From contig NC_045697.1 in NCBI RefSeq assembly GCF_009834535.1, positions 16,618,001 through 16,682,000 of the forward strand: DNA of 64,000 bases. The letters are read 5' to 3'. The translations under genes were made by a program, and so were the position numbers. This stretch comes from Camelus ferus. Its lineage: Eukaryota. Below are positions 38,041 through 50,709 of this stretch, piece by piece; position 1 is the stretch's first letter; each line of letters begins with the position of its first letter. The notes under the pieces are model-generated. The model searched no databases. It saw nothing but the letters and a program-made list of their open reading frames with translations, and was not told where the DNA came from.

Positions 38041-39599
38041 GTGAGGATAAGCCTGGTGGAGAGCTTGGTAAAGAAAGTGAATTGAGTCTCTTTTATGCCC
38101 TCTATAAAGTGGAGATGATAAAAAGATCAACCTCATATCATTGTCATGAAGGGTAAATGACATATTTATTACATGTAATAAATGCACTGTGCCTGGCATC
38201 TTACAAGCACTCCTCCAAAGTGTACTAGTATTAATAGATGTAATGTTATGTTCTCAAGAAATATGACAAATAACTACATGGATACAAATTAAAAAGCTAA
38301 AAAAGACAATTCAGTAGTCGAGTCTAGATAAGTTCTCACCGACATTTCTGTCCTGCTCTTAATTACAAAAAGCCTTTGAGAGGTCTGTCAATGCCCAGCA
38401 GCTGTGGTCCCAACTCATCCACATTCAGCAGGTAGTCGCAGAGAACAACGGGGCACTTTGTGCCCTAGAACCCAAGTTCAACCCTTATTACTAGAGTTGT
38501 CTCTGCCAAATTCCTAACCTCTTAGACTCTGAACCCTGTCTGTGTTCTGAGATCTATGACATCTTCTTGTTCCCTCTTGTATTAGCTGACCTTTTGGTCT
38601 TTGGTCCCTTGACTGCCTACACCGGTGGTACCTGATTAATTGGGCTTCTGCTCCTGACCCTTTGTGTTTGGCTTGTATCCAGGATGGGTCAGTGGCTTTA
38701 AGGACATGCCCCTGGGCAGTGCACCATGCCAGGACACACAGCAACTGGGCTACATTAACAAAATTATCTCCTGAACCTACCTTCAACCAAGTCATTCTTT
38801 GTCTCAAACCAACCTATTTATGATCTTCTTTTTATTTTTATTACATCCTTCTCTGTTGCCCTTTCAACTTAGTATTGACCTTTTAAAGGCTTTGATTAGC
38901 ATTCTCCTAATGTGTCATTTCCTTGGAAAATGTTTGGCATGGTCCCAGGACCCCCTACACCAGTGAATATATTTCCATCCTGCCCTAACTGGGTATAAGC
39001 CAGAGGTAATATACTAAAGATCTAACAGGGCAATAAGGAATCAAATTGAACGTTGGCAACAGGACTGGAGGAGGATCCTGGAAAGTCCTCATACCATGTC
39101 AAGCATTAATCTTTTGGTAGCTGGATCTGAGGCTTTAGACTCGGGATGTGGGAGACAGCGACTTACCAAGCTCTGAGAAAGCATCCCAATATTTAACAAC
39201 CATAACAACTACGCCTCAGCAAAGATTTTATCTAGGATGGTGTTTTCCAACACAAATCGATTTTTTTCATATGCCCACAAAGCATTGCCCCTTAGACTAA
39301 TCTCTAAACTGAGGCACTTGGACACGGGATTTCTCACAAAGATTATGTCTACACATATATTTGGCTTTAGTTTCTTCACATGGAAATTACTAGAAGCCAG
39401 GTCCCCCCCGAGGTTACCATGTTTTTGAGGAGATGATATTGCTCAGGAAACCTCAAACGTGTGGCTCTTTGATACTATAAGCCCCTGAAACTTCACGAGT
39501 GAGAAATGAACTAGGAAGTTTGTACATTTCTCAGGAAGCACATCTTCTCCAAGGTCTACTTCAGATACAGCCATGACGGATATCAGGGGTTCTCTTAGA

Positions 39600-39973
39600 A
39601 AAGGATCGGCAGATAGCCTAACAAAAACGTTTGCCCCACTGCCAGGCAAAGCCCTTGCCATCTGATGCGTGTTATGGACCAGCAATTTGTATGTAGCTCC
39701 CAGTCTTCATTTTCCCAAGATGGAGATTTCGTTGGCCTTCACCACCACTGTGTACTGGGTGAAGGGAACAGATTACTTGTCTTTGAGCTGATAGTCACTA
39801 GACCAGAAAATCCGCATCTGGATCTGATGGTGAGGACTGGTTGTCACTCAGAGATGAGGCACTTCAAGCTGGATTCTAAAATGCATGCTATTTGGGGTTA
39901 TTACCTGAGGGAGAAGGATGAAATGTATCTATATGAAAAAGACTGTGTATGGAGACCAGAGTAAGGGGCAGAC
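39600..39973 (+). mobile_element. MaLR internal (MLT1-int-like) 3' remnant
   Basis: 'ccaccactgtgtactgggtg...acagattacttgtctttgag...gcacttcaagctggat...ttgggg...gagaaggatgaaatgtat...ccagagtaaggggcagac' ends in a purine tract directly before the LTR TG. Confidence 0.6.
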
Positions 39974-40450
39974 TGTGTTATAGAATATTGATTGGTTAAT
40001 TAAATATTTAACCTCTAACCATCTTATCTTCTTCCTTGCCCCATCTACCTTAGAGGCCAGAAAACCTAAATATATGCTTTCCCAGCTTCCCTTACAACCA
40101 GGGTGAGCCACATGACACACTTCTAAACAAGAAGATATGTGAAGGTCAAAAGTAATGTGTAAAAGATTTTACTGATAAAATGAGCAGACGTTACTGATTG
40201 TTTATGTTACCTCATTTTTCCAAACTTTAGGGTAGACACGAGACTCAGCAATGTGGCATCTGTACGATAATCATGGGGGAAGAAACCCAAGAGAGTTAAA
40301 GTACAAACCCTGAAACTGTTATATTATTGAACAGGTCAGTGATAACCAACCTTCTGATTTTTGTTAAGTGGAAAACGATTATTCATATTAGTTTACATCC
40401 CTGTTGATTGGGTTTGTTGTTGTTTGCAGCTAAAAACCTCTTTCCTAACA
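39974..40450 (+). mobile_element. Old MLT1/LTR16-like LTR
   Basis: 'tttcccagcttcccttacaaccagggtgagccacatgacac...ttgggtttgttgttgtttgcagctaaaaacctctttcctaaca' (TG...CA). Confidence 0.7.
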
Positions 40451-41533
40451 GAGTCCTTTGTAATGTAATTGAAGTCTCTAACATCATTAAATCCAGTGAA
40501 AACAATGGTACATTTTGCACTGCACATCTTTATGCTTTCTTAAGTCGAAATCACTGTTTCTTCACAGTCCATGTGGGCTATCTGTTCTCTGCCATGAAAT
40601 CTGTCAGGGTACCACTTTGTAATAATCCCAACTGGGCAAGCAATACAAGGGCCAGATGGCTATTAGGATCCATCAATCTTTCCAGAAGCAGATTTTATAA
40701 TAGCACACGTAGAAACCTCCCACCAAAATTATCAGAAGGAAGCTAAACATAATTGAAGTAGTAATTAGGCATAAATCAACAATGAAAAATTCACATAACT
40801 CAAGCTAGCACTTTTGAGCATTATGCTCACTCTAGACATGGCTGATGATTACAGAACATTTTTTTCAGAGATACCCCTTCATATGAGAAGCCTTCATTCT
40901 TGAAAGTTCTAGACAACCCCTATCAAGTAATCATATAAGGGGAAACCCAACTATCATGTGAAAGCAAACAGTTTTAAAGCAATTTCATACACACTTATGT
41001 AGGTGTGGTTCAAGATACAAAAACACATCCATGCTCACTAGGAACTGATAAAAAAAAAATTTGATGGGCAGGGAGAGGGTACCAATTTAGTGCTTTAATT
41101 TTGTTTTCTACTCTTTTACTTCTCTTAAGTCCTAATTAAGCGCATCATCTTCCTGACTTCCAAGTCAGGAAGATACACATAATCTCATTGAATTTATTCA
41201 AAACTGCATTATAATGGCATTGAACTATAACTATAGCTACTAAACAATCCATACCCGTGGTGCTTTTATCTCTGTCCCTTTACTTTTGCATCTGAACAAA
41301 TTAAAAACTTGATCAAAACTATTCTTACTGTTACGTATAAAAAGATGTTTCCACTACCTCTTTACAAATGATTATTTATCTGCCCTTTGGACAGACTACA
41401 GCTGTCAATGGAAGGAATTTGTTTCTTGATATGACTGTTTGAAGACAGTTTTTTCCCCACACAGGAAAATAGCTCCCTGCTTGAGTGACCTTCCATTTCC
41501 TACTTCAAATCTATCTGGCAACTTTACCTAAAA

Positions 41534-41540
41534 GATAGAT

Positions 41541-41586
<46 letters not shown>
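41534..41586. repeat. (GATA)n tetranucleotide microsatellite
   Basis: About 13 GATA units with one GAT interruption. Confidence 0.95.
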
Positions 41587-42774
41587 AGAAGTAGGGCTAT
41601 TAGGAGTTAATACTTAACACTTCCTTGCCAAATGCATGGAATGTACTTCTTTGATCTGGGCTGTATTGAAAGAGCTAAAACCTACTGCAGAAGATACCAA
41701 AATAGAGATGTTATCAGGAAACTCAGGCAATTGTTCTTGGGTGACCTGAAAGAAAGAATTACATATGAGGAAAGCAAATGAGAAAGTGCAAAGAAAAGAA
41801 AATACAGTTTGGGGGAAACACAGTAGAACAGAAAATTTAAGTTTAATGACATTTTAGAAATAGGTATATGTGCATGACAAAATAATCTAAGAAAAATAGG
41901 CTTGTGCTAAAAGCAACTTCAGAAATACAGAGAGTGTGAAAAATATACAAAGGTTGACTTAAAATCAGCTGGTATCAGCAAGAAAGGATGAGTATGGAAA
42001 TTCCAGGTCCCCATGATAAAATGGCATGATCTTGAAAACAACTGCAAGTTCTCTCCTAGTAGGTGACCCTGGGTGCCCTCACCAAGAGAGAAAACAAAAA
42101 CCCACAAGAAGCGAAGACAGGGAACAAATGAAGGAAGGCATTTTGACTTTGAGTCAGTCATTTATTTCTTCAAATATTTAGTGAGTTTCTACTCGTGTGA
42201 GGCATCGTTCTATGAGACGAGTGTCCATCAGTTAACAGGAGCCTCAAAACCTTTGCCTTCATGTAGCTTACATTTCTAGTAAGGAAAACATACGTGATAC
42301 AACAGTAGGAAACAGAGAATTTCATGTCATTCCTAGCTGCAAAATTATGTAAAATTAAACCGAACTATTTGACATCTCAGGTACCACAGACCCATTGTCT
42401 AATGAAATCACTTTAAGAGATAAATGATATATTTGTATATGGCTATTGCCTTGCCTTTTTCATGAGTCAGCATCCCTCCCCATAAGAAACCATGCTCACT
42501 TGGTGGAAGGTAGAAGCTCAATTTCCTGATCGGGAGATGTAAATTGGATGAGGAGGTCTGTTTTTTTACTTTGGCCTTAGGCCAAAGTGGGTTTAAATCC
42601 ACAAAGAGAAGGGAGTAACACAAGGTGTAGCCACAGAAAAGTCTCAAAGAAATTGGTAACAATGATCAAAGTCAAAACATTCAGAGATAACAGCTTTCTT
42701 AAAGGTGAAGAAGAAAGTAAGTGTAATAACATGTTAAGGAGCTATATTTTCAGACAGGGGTTGCTATTCTAGGT

Positions 42775-42801
42775 CATCCATCCATCCATCCATCCATCCA
42801 T
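42775..42801. repeat. (CATC)n microsatellite
   Basis: catccatccatccatccatccatccat. Confidence 0.9.
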
Positions 42802-44578
42802 GTATTCTACAGGGAATGAGGAACTATGTGAAGGCATCGGCAACTTTATGTTCCCAGGGAAAGAGATAAGTTGGCTTGCAAAATCACATTAAGTCCCATG
42901 GAGTTTATGCTGTAGGTTTTGTCATTAGAGCTGATAGTAGGGGGAAAATACTATGATATAAAGCACATCTTTTTTTAGCCCCGCCCCTTTTTCTCTTCCT
43001 GTGCATTGCCACATCTTCGCTTTTCCTGTTTAACATACAGGCTTGGGTGAGCAGTTACCCAAAGTTGTTAGATGTGTCTGTCTGTGAAAGGCAAAGTCAA
43101 ACCAAAAATCCTAAAAAGAGAAATTTGCCTCCTGTCAGGGGTCTGGCAGACTTTTGCCATGAGTGATGTAGAGAGATTCCATAAAGCATTAAAGGAAGTC
43201 CTGGGAAATTTATGTTAAATGCAATCAGTCTTAGAATAGACATATATCTTGAAGTCCACTCTTGACATTTCCTCCTTAAGACAAAAATTAAATAATGACC
43301 CTCTGTAAAAACATTAACGGTCTCCTTTTACTGAAAAAAAGAAAAGAGCAAAATTACAGGGCACTTTTTAAGCTCAACTTCTGTTTAGCCCGCCTTGAAT
43401 TCCTTTGACACACTTCCAGCTCTCCCTTACAGCAATAGGAAAGATTCCGTAAACTAGAGATTTATAACATATGACAACTCAACCCAGATCCTTATGAAAC
43501 GAGAAGTGAGTCAGCAACATTAGGGCTGCTTGAAATTCAGGGCATTTCAGAGTGACGGGGAGAAATCTTCAAGAATTTCACAAAGAATGTTTTACTCTCT
43601 GAAAAATCGCTGAGAATTCTACAGAGGCAAAGCGATGCCTGAGATTTTATTTTCCATGGCTAGGTGGTCAATGACCCCAGGCTTTGTGAGCAGGGGGACC
43701 AGACAGCTGACAACAAGAGCCACATTCTCAGGATGTTTAGTTGCTACCATACACTTTTCCTAAAAAGCGATTAGCCTTCAAAGGCTCCCATTCCCTCAGG
43801 CAAATAATTTACACTACAGGGCCCTTAATGAATAGATTTCTGCCTGACTATCCATTGTGTCCCGACCCAGGCTTCCTACCCCTCTTTTCCATACCCATTG
43901 CCAATATCAGTCAAACTGACAGTCTTTCATTTCCTCAATAGACTGTGCCCCAGTTCTAATTATTATTGACTTAGGTGACCTGTGTAGTTTCCTAATATGA
44001 AACAAATAATTATCATACATAATAATAACAAAATAGAGTCTCCACATATTTAACTACTCAGTGTTGGACGTAAGACATGCTTATATTTCAGCAAACATGC
44101 TAATTTTCACCAAAATATCTCTTTTATAACTCAGGAACCTGCATTTTGAGAGGAAGGATAATTTGTCTAAGAGAACACTGAAAATGTGTGGCAGATGTGG
44201 AATTTTAGTCTAGGTCTGCTGGATGTCCAAGCACACTGTCTTCCTCTGCTCAGAACTCAGTACATTGCAACCATGCCTTGAAAGGCTTCCTTGGACGCCC
44301 TGTGCCCCTACTTGCCATTTGAAAGCAAGTAAGGACTCTTTGACTTCCTGGTTGGCTCATTTGTCTCCCACTCTTGGAGTGTGAGCAACAATCTGGTAGC
44401 TTTTCTTCTCAGTAACTACATTACCTTGCATGGGTTAGGGGCTCGAAAGATGTTTGTCACCCACAGCCCAGCATAAATGAATGGATGATTCAAAAGATGC
44501 TGCAGGATGATTCAGGGACCAGGTGAATCTCAGAAAGTAGCTCCTCTCAAGTCTTTACCAGTCAGCACTGTCTGGAGC

Positions 44579-45147
44579 TGAGACAGGAGGGAAGAGGGCA
44601 GGGCACAATCATTAAAAGAATGACACCACAACGAGCACCAAGATGGTGGAAGATCGGAAGATTCAACTCCCAGTAGATGTTGAGGCCCAAGATGGCAGGA
44701 GATTTGACTTCCAGAAGACCTTGAGCTTCATTATACACTCATTGTAATACATTAGCATGCTAAATAGCACTCCCACAGGTGCCATGACTATTCTGAGGCT
44801 GACCATAAAAGATCAAAAAGTGGGTGATGGCCCAATTCCTGGGATCCACCCCCCTTCCCCAAAGTAGTTGGAATAATCCCCATACTTGTTAGCATATGAA
44901 GTTACTGAGCCAATAAAAACCAACAACCCCGCACCTCCTAATCGCTCTCTCTTGCCTTCAGAGATGACCCTCATTCTGTCTATGGAGTGTGCAACTCCCT
45001 GAATAAATATATCTTCACTCGACTGTGGCTCATGCTTGAATTCTTTCCTACACAAAACCAAGGACCCTCGCTTGATGGGGCGCTTCCCAGGGACACGCCG
45101 GGGACATGGGACATGGCCATCTTCTCACGCCCCATTTTCCTGTATCA
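44579..45147 (+). mobile_element. Well-preserved ERV1-class solo LTR (569 bp)
   Basis: TG...CA termini (tgagacagga...tcctgtatca, imperfect inverted repeat); perfect 4-bp TSD gagc (44575-44578 and 45148-45151); polyA signal aataaa at ~45002; U5-like 'cttgaattctttccta...ccaaggaccctc'. Confidence 0.9.
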
Positions 45148-46254
45148 GAGCTACCCTTTCTTACTCTGGTAATTTCCCACAAGCACTAACTGGGATAACC
45201 AGATGTAGCTAAAAACCCAGGGCTTTGTTTTTTAAGCTCTCACCCTCACACTCACCCTTCCAGCCCAGTTCACCTCCACAAATGATCCAGGAAAATGAAA
45301 AGACAAAATTATCACCCTGCAAGGAGGTTCAAAAATGATCATGACAAGTGGCTGCTGTGGGGCCTGTGTGAAGGGAAGTCATGATAAAGAACTTTAGGGG
45401 GCTTTCTGGGATTGTAACCTGGGAGAAATGGGGCTAGATTCATCAGGTTTGGTTAGGGGACCTATGAGCACATTTTACTGGCTGACCTTCACAAGAGAAG
45501 TGATTTTTCTTTTCTCACAGATCCCATAATAAGAGTGGAACAGACAAAAGACCAGAGGCCAGCAGGATGGACAGAGAGACGGCAGAACTGACGAGATTCT
45601 CTCTTCCTTCTTCAAGATGAATGTGTTCTCTGCAGGCTGAGCCCTGCGATAGGAAGACCCAACCAGGACCCTGCCGAAGGTGATGGAACTATGTATCCCC
45701 TCACTGCTACAAGTCGGAAATTTCCAGACCAAAGTATAGAGCAAGTCACAGGATCAGGTCACAGGTGGGGACACAAATTTTCTGCTTCACTTGCAAGGGT
45801 ACTGAATGATGCATATGGAATCTCTCTCCCTCTCTGTCTCTCCTTGTGTTTAACAAGGAGTCATTACAGCATATGAGCACGCCACACACTTGTCCACTGT
45901 GTAGGATATGCTTTCAGTCAACTAAATGTCTCACTGTCCTTCTGTCCTAAGGGGACTAAGTGGGAGTTGGAGGGAGCGCTCTTTACCTGAGTTCAGAGGC
46001 TCTTCCAAACTGTGCCATTTATTCAATGATGGAAACTCATCCTTGGCGGAGATGGTTATCACAGAAGTTGCACAGTCATTTAATTTTTAAAAAGATAACC
46101 ATGATTTAAAAAAAAAAATGTTACCTGCAGTGATTTCTGAACTGTGCCCGTGACTTTTGATAATAATAGCTATTGATTGGTTTAAGCATATGTAACTCTT
46201 GGAGAATGAGCCTCCCATGAGGGGATGCATCTCCAGCTGTGTCTGGACAAAGAA

Positions 46255-46420
46255 ATAATCATCTTATCAATGTTTGCCAGTATTATTAATCAAGATGAAT
46301 ATTATCCCCATTTTACAGACAAAGGAGCTGAGGCTTAGAGGGATTAAACCCTCATCCAGAGTCACAAAGCTAGTAACTGATGGAGCCAGGATTTGCTTCT
46401 TACTGGGCCATGTGAAGACT
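46255..46420 (-). mobile_element. MIR SINE
   Basis: 'attatccccattttacagacaaaggagctgaggcttagaggg...gtcacaaagctagtaactgatggagccaggattt'. Confidence 0.85.
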
Positions 46421-47689
46421 CTACCAAGGCTTCTGGACAAAGTAGACAGGAGAGAAGAATTCAAGGAGCAGAGAGAGTCTCTAGGGCTGTCTTTTTCTCT
46501 CCTATAACTCAGAGGAGAATGCCAAGAAGTGCTTTTCAGTAGCTTATGTAAGAGGAGGGTCCCACACTACGTGCAGAAGCAACCAGCAGCAGTTCCCTGG
46601 GCCAGTTTCACCAAAGACCTCCAACCTCATTGTCTCAGAACCAAGTCATCAAGCTGGGAAGTCTTGGCAACTTCTTGGAACTCAATTGCTTCCTGACATC
46701 CTATTCATCTTCCAGCTTACTTCCCATCACTGACCCTGATCTTATTAGAAAAACCTTGGAGAATGACAGTAATGGCATTTTTTTTTGACAAGTTTACTCC
46801 AGATTGGATTTAATATCTTAAAATTGTCATTGATTGAAACTGGTAATTCTAAATGAGCAGTTTAAAACTAATATTCCTCTGTTTTTTCTTAATCTTTTTT
46901 CTCCCTAGCCATTGGATGCTTGATCTTCTCGAAGGTATCTTCCTAAGCGTTCAACAGGCTATAAAAACGTTCACGGGAGAGGAAGATAGAAGTGTCCCAT
47001 AGCATAGAACCTCTCCAGAGGCATGAGTTGCTCTCCCACTGAATTTCCTACCTAAACGGAGCTTAGCACATAGTAGTTGCTCACAAAGTACTTAACAAAA
47101 TCAGGAAAAGGTCTTTCTTAATGGATTCTTATCATTTAAAACATTGGAGGCTCAAATCTCAACACTCCGTGGTGGGTTCTCAGTGGGGTTTTCATAAGCA
47201 AGGACCTGCCAACATGTAGGTAGGATGGGCAGTGGTATTCAGTGAGACTGGAGAGGCAGTGAAGTTTTGTCTACTCCAGCCCTTTTTCTCTTCCAGTAAT
47301 CTTTTACCAACTGAAATTTCCATCTTTGATTCTGCATTCAGTACCGAGGGAAGAGTAGTGACTTTGGGATTAAGAGCTATTAGCCCAGATAAGCTTATTT
47401 AATTAGCTAATTGAGACCTTGGGTCCCTCAAGGCCAAAGGAGTAGGGATGAGTGAGCCTCGGTTACAGGAGATAAACAAGAGTGTTTGACTGAAAGGGTG
47501 GCATGACTGGTTGGTGCTTCAGCCGAGGGAGGTGGGAGGGGCATGCCAAAGGGAGGGCTGCCCAGCCCAATTCACCAGCTTAACTAAGCCCTGGCCTGAG
47601 TGCTGACTGAGTGGACGTGGGTTTGCTGCAAGAAAGCCACGTTTGCATCATCCATGAGAGAGATGTAGCATTATTTCTTTAAAAAAATC

Positions 47690-47912
47690 ATGAAGTCAGA
47701 GTCTGGAAAACTTAATGGGCATTCTAGCTGCATCACTGTAGCTCTTGAGGCAGTAACTCTGTGTTTGCTCAATTTCCGCATCTGTATAGTGGGCACAGTT
47801 GCCTCTCCCATTCTATGTTACAATGAGGCACAACTGAGATCATGAAAGTGCCTAATATATAGCCTGGGGGTAGAAGAGGTGTTCAGTAAATGGTAGCCTT
47901 TATCATTAACAA
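47690..47912 (+). mobile_element. MIR SINE
   Basis: 'ctcaatttccgcatctgtatagtggg...gaaagtgcctaatatatagcctgg...gttcagtaaatggtagc'. Confidence 0.65.
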
Positions 47913-49324
47913 TAATGATTCCCAGAGAATCTTTATCCTCTTTAACCAAACACAAATGAGGAGGGGCCAGGGAGAGAGGAAATGAAAAAGGGAGAGGGAG
48001 AAGCAAAGATAGGAGTATTTATTGAGCATCCATTATGTGCACACATTTCCTTAGTGACTTTGCTCTTACAAACACACCCTGAGAGAGAATAAAATCTGTA
48101 ACATGAATTTTGCCTTCTCTAACGTCCTCCCCTAACTTAACTACATCCCCCAGACCCAGATTCTTCAGGCTCCTCCAAAACAGAAACAATCAGGAAAAGG
48201 GGGGAAAGAGAAATGGGAGAAAGCAGAAGGAAGTCCTCTAAAGCCTCAAAGCTTGACTGCCTGAGTACCACACCTTCCCTTTTATTTTAAAACTCTGAGC
48301 AGCCTGTAATCGGAGAGGGAGATTCCCAAGCTGCAAAAAAGAAGTGATTCCTTAAGAATAAAAACCCCCATTATCAAAGGAAACCGTGGTGTGCCCTGGT
48401 TCTAAACTTTCCATTCTAAAACCCCAGAGAAAGTGACCAAGGGGGCCAGATGAACAGCCACAGTCGCAGTCACAGAGGAAGGCAGTGTTACCTTGCAAGC
48501 TCAGGATATTCTGCAAGAGACAAGGTTCTGTCTCTCGTGCTAGTTTTTCATCACCTCTTCAGAAGTATTCAAATGAGCTGAGACAACTGCTTCACTTGGC
48601 ATTTGGATCCGTCTATTAGCGACTCCAGGCCTCGAGTGCTTAGTCATTTCTTAGCTCATGTCACTGCCACTTTGTTCTCGCGTCTGATACTGACTCCAAT
48701 AACCTTGTAGCATCTGCCCTCCCAATTCCCCCAAAACTCGGAACAACCTGCTCCGATGAATGCTCCTTTGAACGTCCTTCTCTCGCTCTCTTTCTCTCTC
48801 TTTGACAAGGAAAAGAGCTATCCGGTTTCTTGAACATTCTTGAATAGCTAATTCCTGGAGTCCTTGTCCTCACTTCTTCCCCTCTGTACCTCCCTGGCAT
48901 TTGCTCCAAGATCTGCTGCTTTTCCAACAACGACCTGGCACAGAGCTGAGGTTTCCAAATGTTAACTCCCTGGCACCGGTCCTGTAGGTGCTGAAAGAAT
49001 TCTTCCCTGATTTGCAGACAAACCTTTCATTTCGATGCATATCAGGGTCAGCTCGGCGTTTTGCCTGGCCTACAAGGTGGTTTGGAGGCCATGGCCCGGG
49101 GGGGAGTACAGAGGTCTGCTCTTCCTTTTCAGACCATCTCTCAGCCACTCTCACCTGAGCCTGTAGAAATGCATCACCCTTCCAGGCTCTTGTTTAAACC
49201 CCATGGGCAGAGTGGGAGGGTGGACTCTCACCTACACACCAGCCTTACAAACTTCCTTCGGGGAGGTCTGCACGGTCCCAGCTCGCCTGTGCTGTTCTCA
49301 TGTCCTTGCTCAAGGGAAAGCTTT

Positions 49325-50045
49325 TTTTTTCTTTTTTTTTTTAATTGAATTATAGTTGGTTTGCAATGTTGTGTTAATTTCTGGTGTATAGCATAGTGTT
49401 TCAGTCATATATATACACACACATATCCCCTTTGATATTCTTTTTCATATAGGTTACTACAAGATATTGAATATAGTTCCCTGTGCTCTATCATAGGTCC
49501 TTGTTGTTTATCTATTTTGTATTTAGTAGTTAGTACCTGCAAATCTCGAACTCCCAATTTATCCCTTCTCATCCCCTTTCCTCCCTGGTAACTATAAGTT
49601 TGTTTTCTATGTCTGTGAGTCTGTTTCTGTTTTGTAAGTATGTTCATTTGTGTCATTATTTTTAGAGCCCACATATAAGTGATATCATATGGTATTTGTC
49701 TTTCTCTTTCTGGCTTACTTCACTTAGTATGATAATCATCAGGTCTATCCATGTTGCTGCAAATGTCACTATGTTATTTTTTTCTATGGCTGAGTAGAAT
49801 TCTGTTATATATATGCCACAACTTCTTTATCCAATCATCTAGTGATGGACTTTTAGGCTGCTTCCATGTCTTGGCTATTGTAAATAGTGCTGCTATGAAT
49901 ATTGGGGTGCATGTGTCTTTTCAAGTTAGAGTTTCCTCTGGATATATGCCTAGGAGTGGGATTGCTGGATTATAATGGTAAGTCTATTTTAAGGTTTTTA
50001 AGGAATCTCATAATGTTTTCCATAATGGCTGCACCAAACTACATT
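49325..50045 (-). mobile_element. Young cetartiodactyl/camelid L1, 5'-truncated (ORF2 C-terminus + 3' UTR + polyA)
   Basis: Minus strand encodes disrupted L1 ORF2p end (PAIPLLGIYP...KDTCTPIFIAALFTIAKTWKQPKSPSLDDWIKKLWHIY); poly(T) at 49322-49342; TSD ctcaagggaaagcttt (49309-49324) / ctcaagggaaaagcttt (50046-50062). Confidence 0.95.
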
Positions 50046-50269
50046 CTCAAGGGAAAAGCTTTCCTAAAGCTCTTGTGATGGAAATGTGCCCACCCAGGTA
50101 CCACTGTCACTATTTCATCAGAACGCAGGGGGCTGCCTGCGATGTCTGCTCCGGGAGAGGGAGTGGTCTCACCAACCCGACATCCATCAGTTCCCGTATT
50201 CTCTGCCTGATTCTTATAAACAGAATGTAAATGGAGCATGGTAAGGGGAAAACAAAGAAAGGAAGAGAT

Positions 50270-50410
50270 AAATCATTCATCCATCCATTTATTCATTCAA
50301 AAAGCTTTTCTTGAGTGCTACTAGATTGATCTGGGAAAGGTGTTGGGGATTCAAATATATAAATGACACAGTCTTTGTCCTCCAGAAATTCAAGAATCTA
50401 GAGAAGAAAG
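50270..50410 (-). mobile_element. L2 3' end
   Basis: 'tcattcatccatccatttattcattcaaaaagc...ttgagtgctact...gacacagtctttgtcctccagaa'. Confidence 0.75.
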
Positions 50411-50709
50411 GGAAACTGTGCCAACAACGTAAAAGCAGAGGTTATTACTTAAGAGAAGTACTTAACCGAAATTAAAGGTTTAACAAAAAATTCCTTGAAG
50501 AAACAGCATTTGAGTTGAATCTTGTCGGAACTGACTAATTTTATGGTGGGCTGGCCGTGGGTCAGATACAGTGATAATTACTAAATAAATGTGAACAAAA
50601 CAGACTCTGTTCCTGACATTGTGGAGCTAAATCCTGAGCAGGGCGCAGAGAGGGGTCTGGCAGCACAGGAGGAGGAGCTCAGAATCAAGCTGTAAAGGAC
50701 AAATATTAG

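Noticed and set aside
38960..39215. Possible hAT-type MER remnant
   Set aside because: I could not identify matching TIRs or a TSD.
49405..49975. ORFs of 89 aa (-) and 74 aa (+)
   Set aside because: Off-frame or antisense readings of the truncated L1.
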